Source: Eledone cirrhosa (taxonomy: Eukaryota). Taken from it: DNA of 64,000 bases. The translations under genes were made by a program, and so were the position numbers. The notes below the pieces were generated by a model. The model searched no databases. It had not been told where the DNA came from and saw nothing but the letters and a program-made list of their open reading frames with translations. Location: assembly GCA_964016885.1 (NCBI GenBank), contig OZ024751.1, positions 19,096,001 to 19,160,000 on the forward strand, given 5' to 3'. Positions 32,576-46,066 of this stretch are shown here, piece after piece (within the stretch, counting starts at the first letter, position 1; the number at the start of each line of letters is the position of its first letter).

Positions 32576-33362
32576 CGTCATCTGATGCCCTTGTGGCAAA
32601 TAAAAAATATCATTATTATTATTTCCCTTGTTGTTCTTCCTATTATTATTTTGGTTGTTGTTGTTATCATTATTTTGGTTGTTGTTGCTGCTGTTGTTGT
32701 TGTCATTGTTATTGTTACGTACATTTTTTTTTCTTTATTTGGACTTGATTTTTTTAAATCCTGATAATTGATTAATCAATGAGGAGGGTTTAAGAACAGA
32801 TGTCAGTCGAGTCTATAATGACGATGATTGTTATTGCAATTATGATGATGATGATAATGATGATGATGTCGACAACGATGAGACGAGGATGGCGGTAATT
32901 ATAGCGATGACGGTGATAGTTTAAGATGAGAACATCTTGCCCAAGGGCTAACATCATATGCCCTTAACATCAACATCATCGCTATTGTAATTACTCTTGT
33001 CATTGCCGATGTTTTGTTGTTGGTGGTGGTGTTGTTGTTGTTGCTGTTGTTGTTGGTGGTGGTGTTGTTGGTGGTGGTGTTGTTGTTGGTCTTGTTGTTG
33101 GTGTTGTTGCTGTTGTTGTTGATGGTGGTGATGTTGTTGTTGGTGTTGTTGTTGGTGTTGTTGCTGTTGGTGGAGGTGTTGTTGTTATTGTTTTAATTAT
33201 GATTTGGTGCCCTTGTGGCAAAAAAGAGAGAAAAGATTAAGATTATTGTTATTATGATTGTTATTATCATTATTATTGCTACAATAATAAGACATACGAA
33301 ATCCTTATCAAATATATATTTTTTTAATTGTAAAACATATAAATAAATAAAACAAGATAAAA

Positions 33363-33398
<36 letters not shown>

Positions 33399-33439
33399 AT
33401 AGAATTACGAAAATAATAGTAATAGAAATAAACTATTAT

Positions 33440-33585
33440 CATTCTGAGTTCAAATTCCACCGAGGTTAACTTTGCCTTTCATCCTTACAGGGTCGATAGA
33501 ATAAAGTACCAGTAATGCACTGGTATAATCCCTGGCATTGTGCCAAAAATAGAAACAATTATTACTATTATTATTATTATATTAC

Positions 33586-33632
<47 letters not shown>

Positions 33633-33824
33633 GGGAGATAATTTGGCAAAATCGGTAGAGCGTCGGACACCATGCTTTGCAGCATAGAGTTACGGCCCTT
33701 TACGGTCTGAGTTCAAATCCCGCCGAGGTTAACTTTGCCTTTCGTCCTTACAGGGTCGATAAAATAAAGTACCAGTCACGCACTGGGATAATTGCTGGCC
33801 TTGTGCCAAACGTAGAAACAATTA
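33440..33824 (+). mobile_element. Two tandem Nin/Deu SINEs separated by (TTA)n
   Basis: B-box and core at about 33445 and 33710. Confidence 0.85.
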
Positions 33825-34291
33825 TTATCATTGCTACTGCTGCTGCTGCTGTTGTTGTTGTTGCTGTTGTTGTTGTTGTTGTCTCTGTATATTGTATTGG
33901 CTCTAATTGATTAGAGAGGCAATAATTAAATTTATTTTGGCCAACGATTCTATCGACAGATTAATCTTGAACGACCAAAAACAAACAAAAAAGGAAAAGA
34001 AAAGAAAGAAAAAGAAAAGAAAGAAAAAGAAAAGAAAGGAAATGAAAGAAAATATGAAAAATAAAAACATAAAGAAAAAGTAAAGGGAACAAGAGGGAAC
34101 ACCTCCTACTTCTCCAATACAGCCCCGGAGAATTTCTTAAATAAAAAGGGAAAGGGGCAATAAGTATATGTATCTATATATATATATATTTGTGTGTGTG
34201 TATGTATGTCTCTTGGTGTGTCTCTGTGTGAGTGTGAGTATATGTGTGTAGGTGAGTACGCGTGTATGAGTATATGTCTATCTTTGTCTCG

Positions 34292-34335
<44 letters not shown>

Positions 34336-34441
34336 ATGTGTGTATGTGTGAGTGTGAATGTGCGTATGTAAGCGTGTCAGTGTGTCTGTATGTGTATGAG
34401 CATGCTTGTTTGTGTGTGAGCGTGTGCGTATGTGTGTGTAC

Positions 34442-34480
<39 letters not shown>

Positions 34481-34734
34481 GTAAAATATACGTGTACATT
34501 TGAAAGATTTGATTTACTAATCATATACATGACCGTACACGTAAACCTGAGCCCTTGTGCCCCTCAAAAACACACACCTATACATGCACACAAACTCACA
34601 CATATATAAATATATATACATATATATATATATATATGTGTGTGTGTGTATGTGTGTATGTGTGTGTGTGTGTGTGTGTGCAGTATTGTTCATACATACA
34701 TAAATACGTACGTACATGCATACATACATACATT

Positions 34735-35070
34735 GAAGGCCCCACTCGCTCACGAATGACCCTGGTTTTGCACCTAGAAAGTTTCGCTCCGAGGCACAAG
34801 TCTGCGCAAGATTGTTTGTGTAAGACCAACAGTCGCCCATGCATACCAGTCTCCCCTCTCCACGCCACTGATGTTCTCCACGGGAAAGGCACTGACCGAT
34901 ACAGCTTGGCACCAGGGACGTTGCAACTCATTTCTACAGCTGAGTAAACTGGAGCAACGTGAAATAAAGTGTCTTGCTCAAGGACGCAACGCATCACCGG
35001 CCCGAGAATCGAACTCACAACCTCTCAATTGCAAGCTTAATGCTCTAACGACTAAGCCATGTGCCTTCAC
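34735..35070 (-). mobile_element. tRNA-derived CORE-type SINE
   Basis: Reverse complement: tggcttagtcgttagagc (A-box), gagttcgattc (B-box), ccttgagcaagacactt (CORE-like); ends in a (TATG)n tail. Confidence 0.75.
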
Positions 35071-35079
35071 ATCATACAT

Positions 35080-35480
35080 GGTGGCTGCCAACTCGTTTTT
35101 CGAGTACGGCCACTACTTTATATCCATGTAGGAGAACCCCTACCGATGCGCTGAACGAGTGTGACTTTTTAGTCCAGCCAGCGACTTGAAAACTCTGGTA
35201 CAAACACTACACTTGTGACAATTATTGACACATAGTGCTGGGCCCATGGTACCATGTGACGACATGTGCAGAGAGATCTCCAGATATAAAGCAATGCCTG
35301 TGCCGTGAAGCTTTTATAGTGAGCAAAGGCACTGCACAAAGCCAGTCCCACTCTCTTAACCAAGATGATATTTACCAAAAAGAAGAAAAAGTCAACATCA
35401 TTGGATACCATCAGGGTTGCAGGTGTTATATCAGAGTTTTCCTTCTCCTAGAATTTTGCCTTGACAAAGGCTGAGGGGTC
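35080..35480 (-). mobile_element. 5'-truncated copy of the bipartite RTE derivative, with a 10-bp TSD
   Basis: Near-identical to 22846-23250; catcatacat at 35070-79 and 35480-89. Confidence 0.8.
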
Positions 35481-36627
35481 ATCATACATATATACATATA
35501 TACATACATATGCACACTAATTCATATTTATTGGTTGATAAGTTATCTTCTTGATATAACAGCTAAACCTCCCTCAAATCACAGTCTATCGTTAAAAGAT
35601 GGTAAATATAATCCTTGTGTATATGTGTGTGTTTATTTGTGTATGGGAAGAATATATATCTATCAATAGCCCGCGATAGGACAAACCCCAATCATTATGG
35701 CTACAACAGCAACAACAACAAGGCAACAGTAACCCCAACAACAATAACAGCAATAACACTAACAACAATAACAGCAATAACACCAGCAATAACACCAGCA
35801 ATAACACCAACAACTACAGTAATAACAACATCAGCCAATTGAAATCAGACAACCATTACATATTCAGTAGACAATCAGTGAGAAGTCTTCTAAGATGGCA
35901 GCAATGGTGGGTGATGGGCTGATATTGGAAGGGTAAAGTTGTACATCCCCGAGAGAAGGTAGCATCGTGTGTGAAGAGGGGTGTTGGCAGTAAGGTGCTG
36001 TGTAGTAAGGTTGTTGGGTGCGGTGTAATATGGTGGGTTTTCGCTGAAGGCAAGACAAGACGGAGGCTAGTGGACAAGCAAGAGGTGGTGGAGTGTAGGG
36101 GGAGTGTTTCAGAGGTCAGATCAAGGATGGGTTATAAGAAAGCAAGGGATGGTGGGGGCTCGAGTTTGGTGGGTGTTAGAGGGATGGGGGCCACATGGAA
36201 AAGGGGGTAATTAGATCAATAATAGTAATTACAGTTTGTTGAAGTGATAGAGGAAATAACGGGAAAAAAAAGACGAACGTGCGAAGCACGATATCAACAT
36301 CAGTAACAACAACAACAACACCTTCACTACCAAGAACGACAAAACCACCGACATCTCCATCACTACATACGCCACCCCCTTCCTCATAACTGACAACAAC
36401 ACCTTCACCACCAATACAAACACTTCCACCACCAACACCTCCACCTCTAACACCACCAACGACAACAATATCAACAACGCATCCACCACCAACACCTCCA
36501 CCTCCAACACCACCACCACCACCAACAACAACAACATCAACAACTTCTCCACCGTCACCAACACCATCAAGAAAAACACTAACATTTACACCCCACCAGC
36601 ACCTCCACATCCAACACCACCTTTTCC

Positions 36628-36665
<38 letters not shown>

Positions 36666-36694
36666 CGACGACGACGACGACGACGACAACAATA

Positions 36695-37546
36695 ATTGTT
36701 TCTACTTTTGGCACAAGGCCAGCAATGATCCCACAGTGAATTACTGGTACTTTATTTTATTGACCCTGTAAGGATGAACGGATAAGTTAACCTCAGCAGG
36801 ATTTGAACCCAGACCGTAAAGGGCCATAACTTTATGCTGACCCTCTACTGATACTGCCAATTCACAACAAGAACAATAAAGGTTGCTAGACATGAACGAC
36901 TTGCTAGAAACACCAACCAAATGTCCTTTTAAGCAGTTTATTGTCTTAAATTATAAAGTATGGACGTGTGTATAACAAAGAGTGGAATGTATTTGATTAT
37001 AAGTCTAGTCTACAAGGTCTGACCCAGGGCTGAACAACTACACCAATAATAACATAACATCAACTTCCTTGATGAAAGCAATAATTGTTTCTACTTTAGG
37101 CACAAGACCAGCAATAACCCAGTGTATTACTGGTACTTTATTTTGTCGACCCCGTAAGGATGAAAGGCAAAGTCAACCTCGGCGGGATTTGAACTCAGAC
37201 CGTAAAGGGACGTAACTATACTGGAAAGCATGGCGTCCCACCCTCTACCGATACTGCCAATCCACCAACGCTAGCAATTTGAAAGGAAGGAGAAAATCGA
37301 CTGAATCCACCCCAGTGCGTTACTGGTACTTTGTTTTATCGACCACGAAAAGATAAAGGGCAAAGCTAACCACGGTTGGATTTGTGCTCAGAACGTAAAG
37401 GGACGTAACTCTACGCTGCGAAACATCTTGTCCGACGCTCTACCGATACTGCCAATCCACTGTCCTTGAAAGCCATAATAAAACTACTAACAAAAACTCA
37501 ACGCCTAAGATATACTTGTTGGACAAGCAATGCTAGCACTTTCTTT

Positions 37547-37600
<54 letters not shown>

Positions 37601-37892
37601 CTATGCCGCAACTCCTGAGGGAGTCGTAGGGGTGCAGTGCAGACATACGGCGCTTCTAGGGGATATTTTTTTAAACTGGTGGAGCTCATCTACTCCCTAG
37701 GTTTGAATACAGCAGATTTCTTCCAGAGAAGAATAGAGTATGAGAGAATGGAATAAGAAAGATATATAGAGGAAGAATCGACCCCAGTAATAGACTGGTA
37801 CTTTTTTGTCGACCTTGAATGGATGAAAGGCAAAATTGACCTCAGCGTAAAGGTATACAGTCCTACGCTCTAATGATACTGTTATTCCACCA
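36695..37892 (-). mobile_element. Cluster of 4 Nin/Deu SINE copies
   Basis: Units at about 36695, 37085, 37272 and 37772. Confidence 0.8.
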
Positions 37893-37899
37893 TTCTTTG

Positions 37900-38352
37900 T
37901 GGGACTGTGTTGAAAAATAAACCTTATTTTGTCATATTTTATGATATTTTATCTTGGTCAGCCTTTGAAATTTTCAGCCAACCCTCGTAAATAGTTCTTA
38001 GTCATAGTTAATTAGTATTTCTACACAACCACAGTTGCAAAACATTACTTGACAGTAACTATTTGAAATTAAGTATTAGCCGTTCATCAAATATGAAAAA
38101 TATATTTACAAGAAACTTGTCATACTAACAGAAGTAAATTACTGAAATGAAACTTGATGCCGACTCAATCAATTAGGTCGCTTCGTGGTAGTTATTGAAG
38201 AAAGCCGAGGGGATTTTCATGAAACAAAATCTACGAGGATGGGCTAAAAGTGTGAGGACCGCAAGGGACACTATATAGAAAAATAAATCTCATTTGTTAT
38301 ATCCCATGAGAATATTTTGGTCAGCTAATAAACTTTTCAGCCGAACTTCATA
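37900..38352. mobile_element. Mariner-type MITE remnants
   Basis: Ends tttcagccaaccctcgTA (37989), TAcgaggatgggctaaaag (38232) and cttttcagccgaacttcaTA (38352); homologous to 19290. Confidence 0.5.
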
Positions 38353-38949
38353 AATACCTTAAATATTTATTTAAATCTAACATTACACATTTAACACTAA
38401 TTCCTGAGTTCTCTTCTTCAAATTATTAAATCGACATTTTAAAACTAAATATCTACTTACTGCATAATCCAATATGTTTTGCTTAAATTATTGAATATAT
38501 AATGTCATAGCTATATTCCTGATTATACAGTGTCTATACTTTTTCCATTCCAACACACTTCAGCTTTACTTTCAAATTAATTCTTTCCAATATTTATCCT
38601 ACTACAATAATTTGATTAAAATAAAAAAACGTAATTAATATTTGTTTGTTTTTTACCTGAAAATATCTTTAATCAATATATTCTTACCTGTGTATATATG
38701 CAGTATTCTATTTTACTCATTAAATTTATAATCTTCTTTCAAAATCTCTTAATCACGCAATTGAAGATTTTAACCACTCATTACTGTTTCGTTAACTTTC
38801 TAACGATAATAAACTTTATATTAATTAATATTTTCTCATTATTAATTAAATATGATATTTTGCTACTTAAATATGTTTTGCCCTTACACTAGAAATCTTG
38901 GCATCATATTTTCAGAATCCGTTCATTGTTGGTTCAACATTATTTACAC

Positions 38950-39250
38950 ATCCGATTTTTTTCCGAATTGCGAGATCACAGCTCCGATATTATGGACAGG
39001 TGGTTAGAATGTCTCTGGAAAGAATCACTGGACAGATTTTACAGGCAAAACCAACCGGCAAGAGACCCAGGGATAGACCCTGAGCAAGATGGCTGGATAA
39101 CATCCATGAGCATGGCTGGTCACACTTGAGGGGGGGGGGGGATCCACCAGGTTTAGTTGGAGACTGTTGGTTCTGACGAGACCCACTAGAAGGAGTGTTT
39201 GAGGATTCTTCCTCCACAACCCTCCCAGGAATAAGTGGGCGAAGAAGAAG
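38950..39250 (+). pseudogene. 3' end of an RTE-clade LINE
   Basis: RIARSQLRYYGQVVRMSLERITGQILQAKPTGKRPRDRP*ARWLDNI, followed by a (GAA)n tail. Confidence 0.85.
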
Positions 39251-39310
39251 TGAAGGTGGCGAAGACAAGATGATGACATTTTCTTATATATGAAGAAGTG
39301 GGGTGCATTT

Positions 39311-40800
39311 ATGAGATAGAGTTGGAAGGTGCAGGAGATAGAGGAGGGTATATGAGATAGAATTGGAAGCTGCAGGAGATAGAGGAGGGTATATGAGATA
39401 GAATTGGAAGCTGCAGGAGATAGAGGAGGGTATATGAGATAGAATTGGAAGCTGCAGGAGATAGAGGAGGGTATATGAGATGGAATTGGAAGCTGCAGGA
39501 GATAGAGGAGGGTATATGAGATAGAATTGGAAGCTGCAGGAGATAGAGGAGGGTATATGAGATGGAATTGGAAGCTGCAGGAGATAGAGGAGGGTATATG
39601 AGATAGAATTGCAAGCTGCAGGAGATAGAGGAGGGTATATGAGATAGAATTGGAAGCTGCAGGAGATAGAGGAGGGTATATGAGATGGAATTGGAAGCTG
39701 CAGGAGATAGAGGAGGGTATATGAGATAGAATTGGAAGCTGCAGGAGATAGAGGAGGGTATATGAGATAGAATTGGAAGGTGCAGAAGATAGAGGAGGGT
39801 ATATGAGATAGAATTGGAAGCTGCAGGAGATAGAGGAGGGTATATGAGATAGAATTGGAAGCTGCAGGAGATAGAGGAGGGTATATGAGATAGAATTGGA
39901 AGGTGCAGGAGATAGAGGAGGGTTTATGAGATAGAATTGGAAGCTGCAGGAGATAGAGGAGGGTATATGAGATAGAATTGGAAGCTGCAGGAGATAGAGG
40001 AGGGTATATGAGATAGAATTGGAAGCTGCAGGAGATAGAGGAGGGTATATGAGATGGAATTGGAAGCTGCAGGAGATAGAGGAGGGTATATGAGATAGAA
40101 TTGGAAGCTGCAGGAGATAGAGGAGGGTATATGAGATAGAATTGGAAGGTGCAGAAGATAGAGGAGGGTATATGAGATAGAATTGGAAGCTGCAGGAGAT
40201 AGAGGAGGGTATATGAGATAGAATTGGAAGGTGCAGGAGATAGAGGAGGGTATATGAGATAGAATTGGAAGCTGCAGGAGATAGAGGAGGGTTTATGAGA
40301 TAGAATTGGAAGGTGCAGGAGATAGAGGAGGGTATATGAGATAGAATTGGAAGCTGCAGGAGATAGAGGAGGGTATATGAGATAGAATTGGAAGCTGCAG
40401 GAGATAGAGGAGGGTATATGAGATAGAATTGGAAGCTGCAGAAGATAGAGGAGGGTTTATGAGATAGAATTGGAAGGTGCAGGAGATAGAGGAGGGTATA
40501 TGAGATAGAATTGGAAGGTGCAGGAGATAGAGGAGGGTATATGAGATAGAATTGGAAGGTGCAGGAGATAGAGGAGGGTATATGAGATAGAATTGGAAGC
40601 TGCAGGAGATAGAGGAGGGTATATGAGATAGAATTGGAAGCTGCAGGAGATAGAGGAGGGTATATGAGATAGAATTGGAAGCTGCAGAAGATAGAGGAGG
40701 GTTTATGAGATAGAATTGGAAGGTGCAGGAGATAGAGGAGGGTATATGAGATAGAATTGGAAGGTACAGGAGATAGAGGAGGGTATATGAGATAGAATTG
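39311..40800. repeat. 41-bp purine-rich minisatellite, ~36 copies
   Basis: Unit atgagatagaattggaagctgcaggagatagaggagggtat; only single-base variants. Confidence 0.97.
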
Positions 40801-40934
40801 ACTTCCTTTTATACCCGGTAAACTATATTCGTAATCAACAGCACTTGGAGGAGAGACAAAGACGATTCTAATGGCATTTAAAAGCAGAAACAATAGAAAG
40901 CAAGTATAATTTAATTATTACTATTAAGGTCAGT

Positions 40935-41150
40935 GCTGTGGATTGGCAGTATTGGTAGAGCATCGGCCAACATGCTTTGCGGCATATAGTTACGGCCCTA
41001 TACGTCCTGTGTTCAAATGCCGTCGAGGTTAACTTTGACTTTCATCCTAACGGCATAGCTAAAATAAAGTACCAGTAAGGTACTGGGGTCGAATTATTCC
41101 ACTTTGCCTTTCCCTTCAAATTGATGGCCTTGTGCCAAATGTAGAAATAA
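40935..41150 (+). mobile_element. Nin/Deu SINE (long-tail form)
   Basis: tggcagtattggtagag head, gttcaaat, tttcatcc..aaaataaagtaccag. Confidence 0.8.
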
Positions 41151-41315
41151 TTATTATAAAACATAAGAGTGTGTGTGTGTGTGTGTGTGCGCGCATGTAG
41201 AGTGTGTGTGTGAGAGAGAGAGAGTGTGTGTGTGTGTGGGTGTGTGTGTGTATAGGTGTGTGTGTATGTGTGTGTATGTGTGTATGTGAGTGTGTGTGTG
41301 TGTGTATGTATGTGA

Positions 41316-41362
<47 letters not shown>

Positions 41363-41576
41363 TGTGTATGTGTGTGTATGTGTGTGTGGAATTGTGTGTG
41401 TGAGTGTGTGTGTAGTGTAGTGTGTGAGTGTGTGTATGCAAGTGTGTGTGTATGAGTGTGCGTGTATGTATGTGTGTGTCTGTGTCTGTGTGTATGTGAG
41501 TCTGTGTGTGTGCATGTGTGTGCGTGTGTGAGTGTGGGTATGTGTGTGTATGTATGTGTGTGTGTGTGAGTGTGTG

Positions 41577-41613
<37 letters not shown>

Positions 41614-41785
41614 GCATGTGTGTGTTTGTGTATGTGTGTGTGTATTAAAACTGTTGTGAAATATATGCGTAAGTATATACTTTGTTTTGTTTTCAGGAAG
41701 GTCACATCTGCAACTACACTGAATCAGGTTCTGAAAATTATTGGTTTGAAATTGTATCGAGGTGGCATAATTAGGGAGCTGGATC

Positions 41786-42620
41786 GGTGGAGTGGAGTGT
41801 GGTGTGGTGTGGTGTGGTGTGGTGTGGTGTGGTGGAGTGTGGTGTGGTGTGGTGTGGTGTGGTGTGGTGTGGTGGAGTGGAGTGTGGTGCGGTGTGGTGT
41901 GGTGGAGTGGAGTGTGGTGCGGTGTGGTGGCGTGTGGTGTGGTGTGGTGTGGTGTGGTGTGGTGTGGTGTGGTGTGGTATGATGTGGTGTGGTGGAGTGT
42001 GGTGTGGTGTGGTGTGGTGGCGTGGTGTGGTGTGGTGTGGTGGAGTGGTGTGGTGTGGTGTGGTGTGGTGTTGTGTAGTGTGGTGTGGTGTGGTGTGGTG
42101 TGGTGGAGTGTGGTGTGGTGTGGTGGAGTGGAGTGTGGTTTGGGGTGGTGTGGTGCTGTGTAGTGTGGTGTAGTGTGGTGTGGTGCGGTGGACTGGAGTG
42201 TGGTGTAGTGTGGTATGGTGTGGTGTAGTTTGGTGTGGTGTGGTGCGATGTGGTGTGATGTTGTGTTGTGTGGTGTGGTGTGGTGTGGTGTGGTGTGGTG
42301 TGGTGTGGTGTGGTGTGGTGTAGTATGGTGTGGTATGGTATGGTATGGTATGGTATGGTATGGTATGGTATGGTATGGTGCGGTATATATATTTGGTAGA
42401 TATAGTGGTGTGGTATAAGTTATAGTGGTATGGTATGATGGGATATAGTTATGTGGTGGGATATAATGGTATGGTATGGTTTAATTTATAGTGGTGGTGT
42501 AAAGTGGTATGGTATGGTGGGGTATAGTGATATGGTGGGATATAGTGGTATGGGGAATGGAAATAGAGTGGTATGGGGAATGGAAATAGAGTGGTATGGG
42601 GAATGGAAATATAATGGTAT
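41786..42620. repeat. (TGTGG)n pentanucleotide array grading into (TATGG)n
   Basis: Direct reading. Confidence 0.95.
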
Positions 42621-42853
42621 GGTGAACGGCACATTGTATTCAATAATATCAACCTATATTGATTACTTAGCTTAATGTCTATGATAATATTTTCACTTCT
42701 TTACACTCAATTTCTTGCATGGTAAAATGGCGGACATTTGGGTGTAGTTTTTTTACGGTTGGTAAGACGTGAAAGATTTCATGTCTCTCTCTGGTGAGTA
42801 TAAATTATATGGATTGAACAAGTTGATGGTAAACTGGGATTACAATAATTGAA

Positions 42854-42854
<1 letters not shown>

Positions 42855-42885
<31 letters not shown>

Positions 42886-42910
42886 GATGATGATGATGAT
42901 GATGATGATG

Positions 42911-42963
<53 letters not shown>

Positions 42964-42969
42964 AATCAT
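42855..42969. repeat. Palindromic microsatellite (GAT)n-(CAT)n
   Basis: Abutting complementary triplet tracts centred on GATC at 42910-13. Confidence 0.95.
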
Positions 42970-43044
42970 GGTGGTGATGATGTTGTAGTGGTGATGATGA
43001 TTATCATTGTTGTTGCAATGGTAGTAGTAGTAGTAGTGGTAGTG

Positions 43045-43121
<77 letters not shown>

Positions 43122-43509
43122 GGCGGGGGTGATGGTTGTGGCGGGGATGTAGTGCTGGTGGTAGTGGTGGTCGTGGTGGGGAAATGGTAGTTGTGGTGGT
43201 GGTGATGGAGGTGGTGGTGGTGGTGGTGGTGGTGGTATGGTGGTGGTTGTGGCTGGTGTGGGATGGTAGTGGTGGTGGGGGTTGTTGATAATGATGGTGG
43301 TGGTGGCGGGTGGACGGTAGTGGTGGCGGCGGAAAGGGGGGTGGTTATGGTAGTGCTGGTGGAGAGGTTGTTGTTGTTGTTGTTGGTGGTGGTGGTATTG
43401 GTTGTTTTGTTGTTGCTTTGGTGGTGGTGATGGTGGTGGTGGCGGTAGTGGTGATAGTGGCGTTGGTGGCGCTAGTGGTGATGGTGTTGGTTGAGGAGGA
43501 AGAAAAAAC

Positions 43510-43818
43510 TAAGAATTTTCGGAGAGGGAAAAGTCAATTAAATCGACCTGGGTGCATTACTGGTACTTTATTTTATCGAACCCGTAACAACGAAAGGCAA
43601 AGCTAACCTTGACAGGATTTGAACTCAGAAGGTAGGAAGCCGTAGCTCAATACCGCAGAACATGGCGCCCGACGCTCTACCGATTGTTGAGCAATTGTTT
43701 CTACTATAGTCACATACCCAGTACATTACTGGTACTTTATTTTATCGACCCCGTAAAGATGAAAGGCAAAGTTAACCTCGGCGGGATTTCAACTTAGATC
43801 ATAAAGGGCCGTAACTCT
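43510..43818 (-). mobile_element. Nin/Deu SINE pair
   Basis: Cores at about 43560 and 43730. Confidence 0.8.
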
Positions 43819-44004
43819 TTCAGCCAGTGTTAGGAACATAACTTAACAAAGGTAATGAATGTTATTTACCCACCAAAGAATGTTATTACCTACTATATTT
43901 ACATCTCGACATTCAGACACCCACTAACACACACTTAGATGCACATACACACACTTGCTCACACATACTTAGATAAACACACACACACACTTTGATACAC
44001 ACAC

Positions 44005-44069
<65 letters not shown>

Positions 44070-44189
44070 TTACTTGCTATATTTAGATCTCGACTCTCAC
44101 TTACTCACTCACACACACCTAGATACAGACACACACACACGCACACACACCTTTTCACACAGCCTTAGATACACACACGCGCGCACACA

Positions 44190-44220
<31 letters not shown>

Positions 44221-44456
44221 TTAGATACACGTACACACTCAAACGCACACAGACACACACATACGCACACACACACATCGACTCACACACTCACATTACC
44301 TGCTATATTTAGATCTCGACACTCACTCACTCACTCACACACACCTAGATACACAGATACACACACACCTAGATACACAGACACACACACACACACCCTA
44401 TCACACAAACTTAGATACACACACACACAAACTCACACAGACTTAGATATACCCCC

Positions 44457-44487
<31 letters not shown>

Positions 44488-44605
44488 CGCCCCCGCCCCC
44501 ACACCCCACCCCACACACACAAACTAATCCAGCAGTTGTAATTACCGCCATTAATATAGTGTTGAAAGAGAGACAATATGTAATCACTGCCTGGAATTAC
44601 ACATC

Positions 44606-44606
44606 T

Positions 44607-44641
<35 letters not shown>

Positions 44642-44717
44642 CCACTACTACTGGTGTTATTATTACTACTACTACTACTACTACTACTACTCCCACTACT
44701 ACTGGTGCTATTATTAT

Positions 44718-44767
<50 letters not shown>

Positions 44768-44894
44768 TTACTACTACTACTACTACTTCTACTGCTACTA
44801 CTACTGCTACTACTACTACTGCTGCTACTGCTGCTACTACTACTACTACTACTACTACCATTACTACTACTAATACCACTACTACTGCTGTTAT

Positions 44895-44946
<52 letters not shown>

Positions 44947-44957
44947 GTTGCTGCTAT

Positions 44958-44994
<37 letters not shown>

Positions 44995-45012
44995 GTTACT
45001 ACTATTACCGCC

Positions 45013-45057
<45 letters not shown>
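44606..45057. repeat. (TAC)n trinucleotide repeat
   Basis: Direct reading. Confidence 0.95.
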
Positions 45058-45058
<1 letters not shown>

Positions 45059-45279
45059 GATTATTATATATAGGCTATTAATTAACATGCTGTAATAAAC
45101 ATGGAGTTTGATGAGAATGTTTTGTAACGAAGGGACCAGCACGACATATCGTTGATAACGAGACTTGAAAAACTAACGTGAAATAACGTTATCTAGAAAA
45201 TATGGTAGCTAATTAAACATCATTGGAAAATTGTATGAATTATATTACTATATGTTATTACATTATATTATTACATTAT

Positions 45280-46066
45280 ATCCTCGGTAGCACTGCCAGG
45301 CCAGGGACTTTTGGAAGTTGTCCATTGGTCCCAGGCGGAAGGTCCTACCGAACAGACTGGCCAGTTCGTCTCCTCTACGACTAGAGTTTCTCCGAGCGTG
45401 TCGTCGCACTTGCTACGGACCAACCCTCTATAGAATGTCGAAGTGGAGTCTCCACTGATTGCCGGGTCTGTTTGCCAGAGGATTGTGAGCGCCTGATCAC
45501 ATTCAATGTGCCAGTCGCCCATTTTCCTCGGTCTTTGCTTGACCCAGGACTGCAGCTCGGTCAGCGAGACGAGTCGTGGGAAGGCTCGCCTCACGAACGG
45601 TTGTCCGGTGAGGAATACGTGGAGGTGCCGCAGCCTGAGCGCGTGTTTGCGCATCGTCAGCCACGGCATCCCCAGCCCTCCGTTTGAAGGGTATTGGCAG
45701 CAGATGGATCTTCTCACCAAAGGAGCCCGTTTCTTCCAAAGGAATTGGAAGAGCGCGCGCTCCATTTTGATGAGCGTTTTGGCTGGACAAGGCACGACGG
45801 TCAAGCGGTAGTAGATGACGGACGCTATAAAAGTGTTCGCCACCTCCGCTCGACCTTTCAAGGATAGTTTGCACTCGGCCCACTTCTGGGTGAGCGCAAA
45901 CACTCTGGCCGTCACCTCGTTCCAGTTCTTCTCCACCTGGAGATCCGGACCAAACCAGACCCCGAGCAGCTTTACCGGTCCTTCCGTCCAGCGTCCGACG
46001 ACGCTATCGGAAGGCATCGGTTTGCCTCTCCACGTTCCGAGTTGCAAACCGAAGGATTTGTCCCGG
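45280..46066 (-). pseudogene. Fragment of an L1/Tx1-like LINE ORF2 (end of RT and downstream domain)
   Basis: ORF has [55 protein letters not shown], motifs typical of L1/Tx1 ORF2; GC-rich island. Confidence 0.85.

Noticed and set aside
39025-40893. 622-aa minus-strand ORF
   Set aside because: It is read-through of a 41-bp unit (not a multiple of 3) cycling through all frames, and it runs antisense into an RTE remnant.
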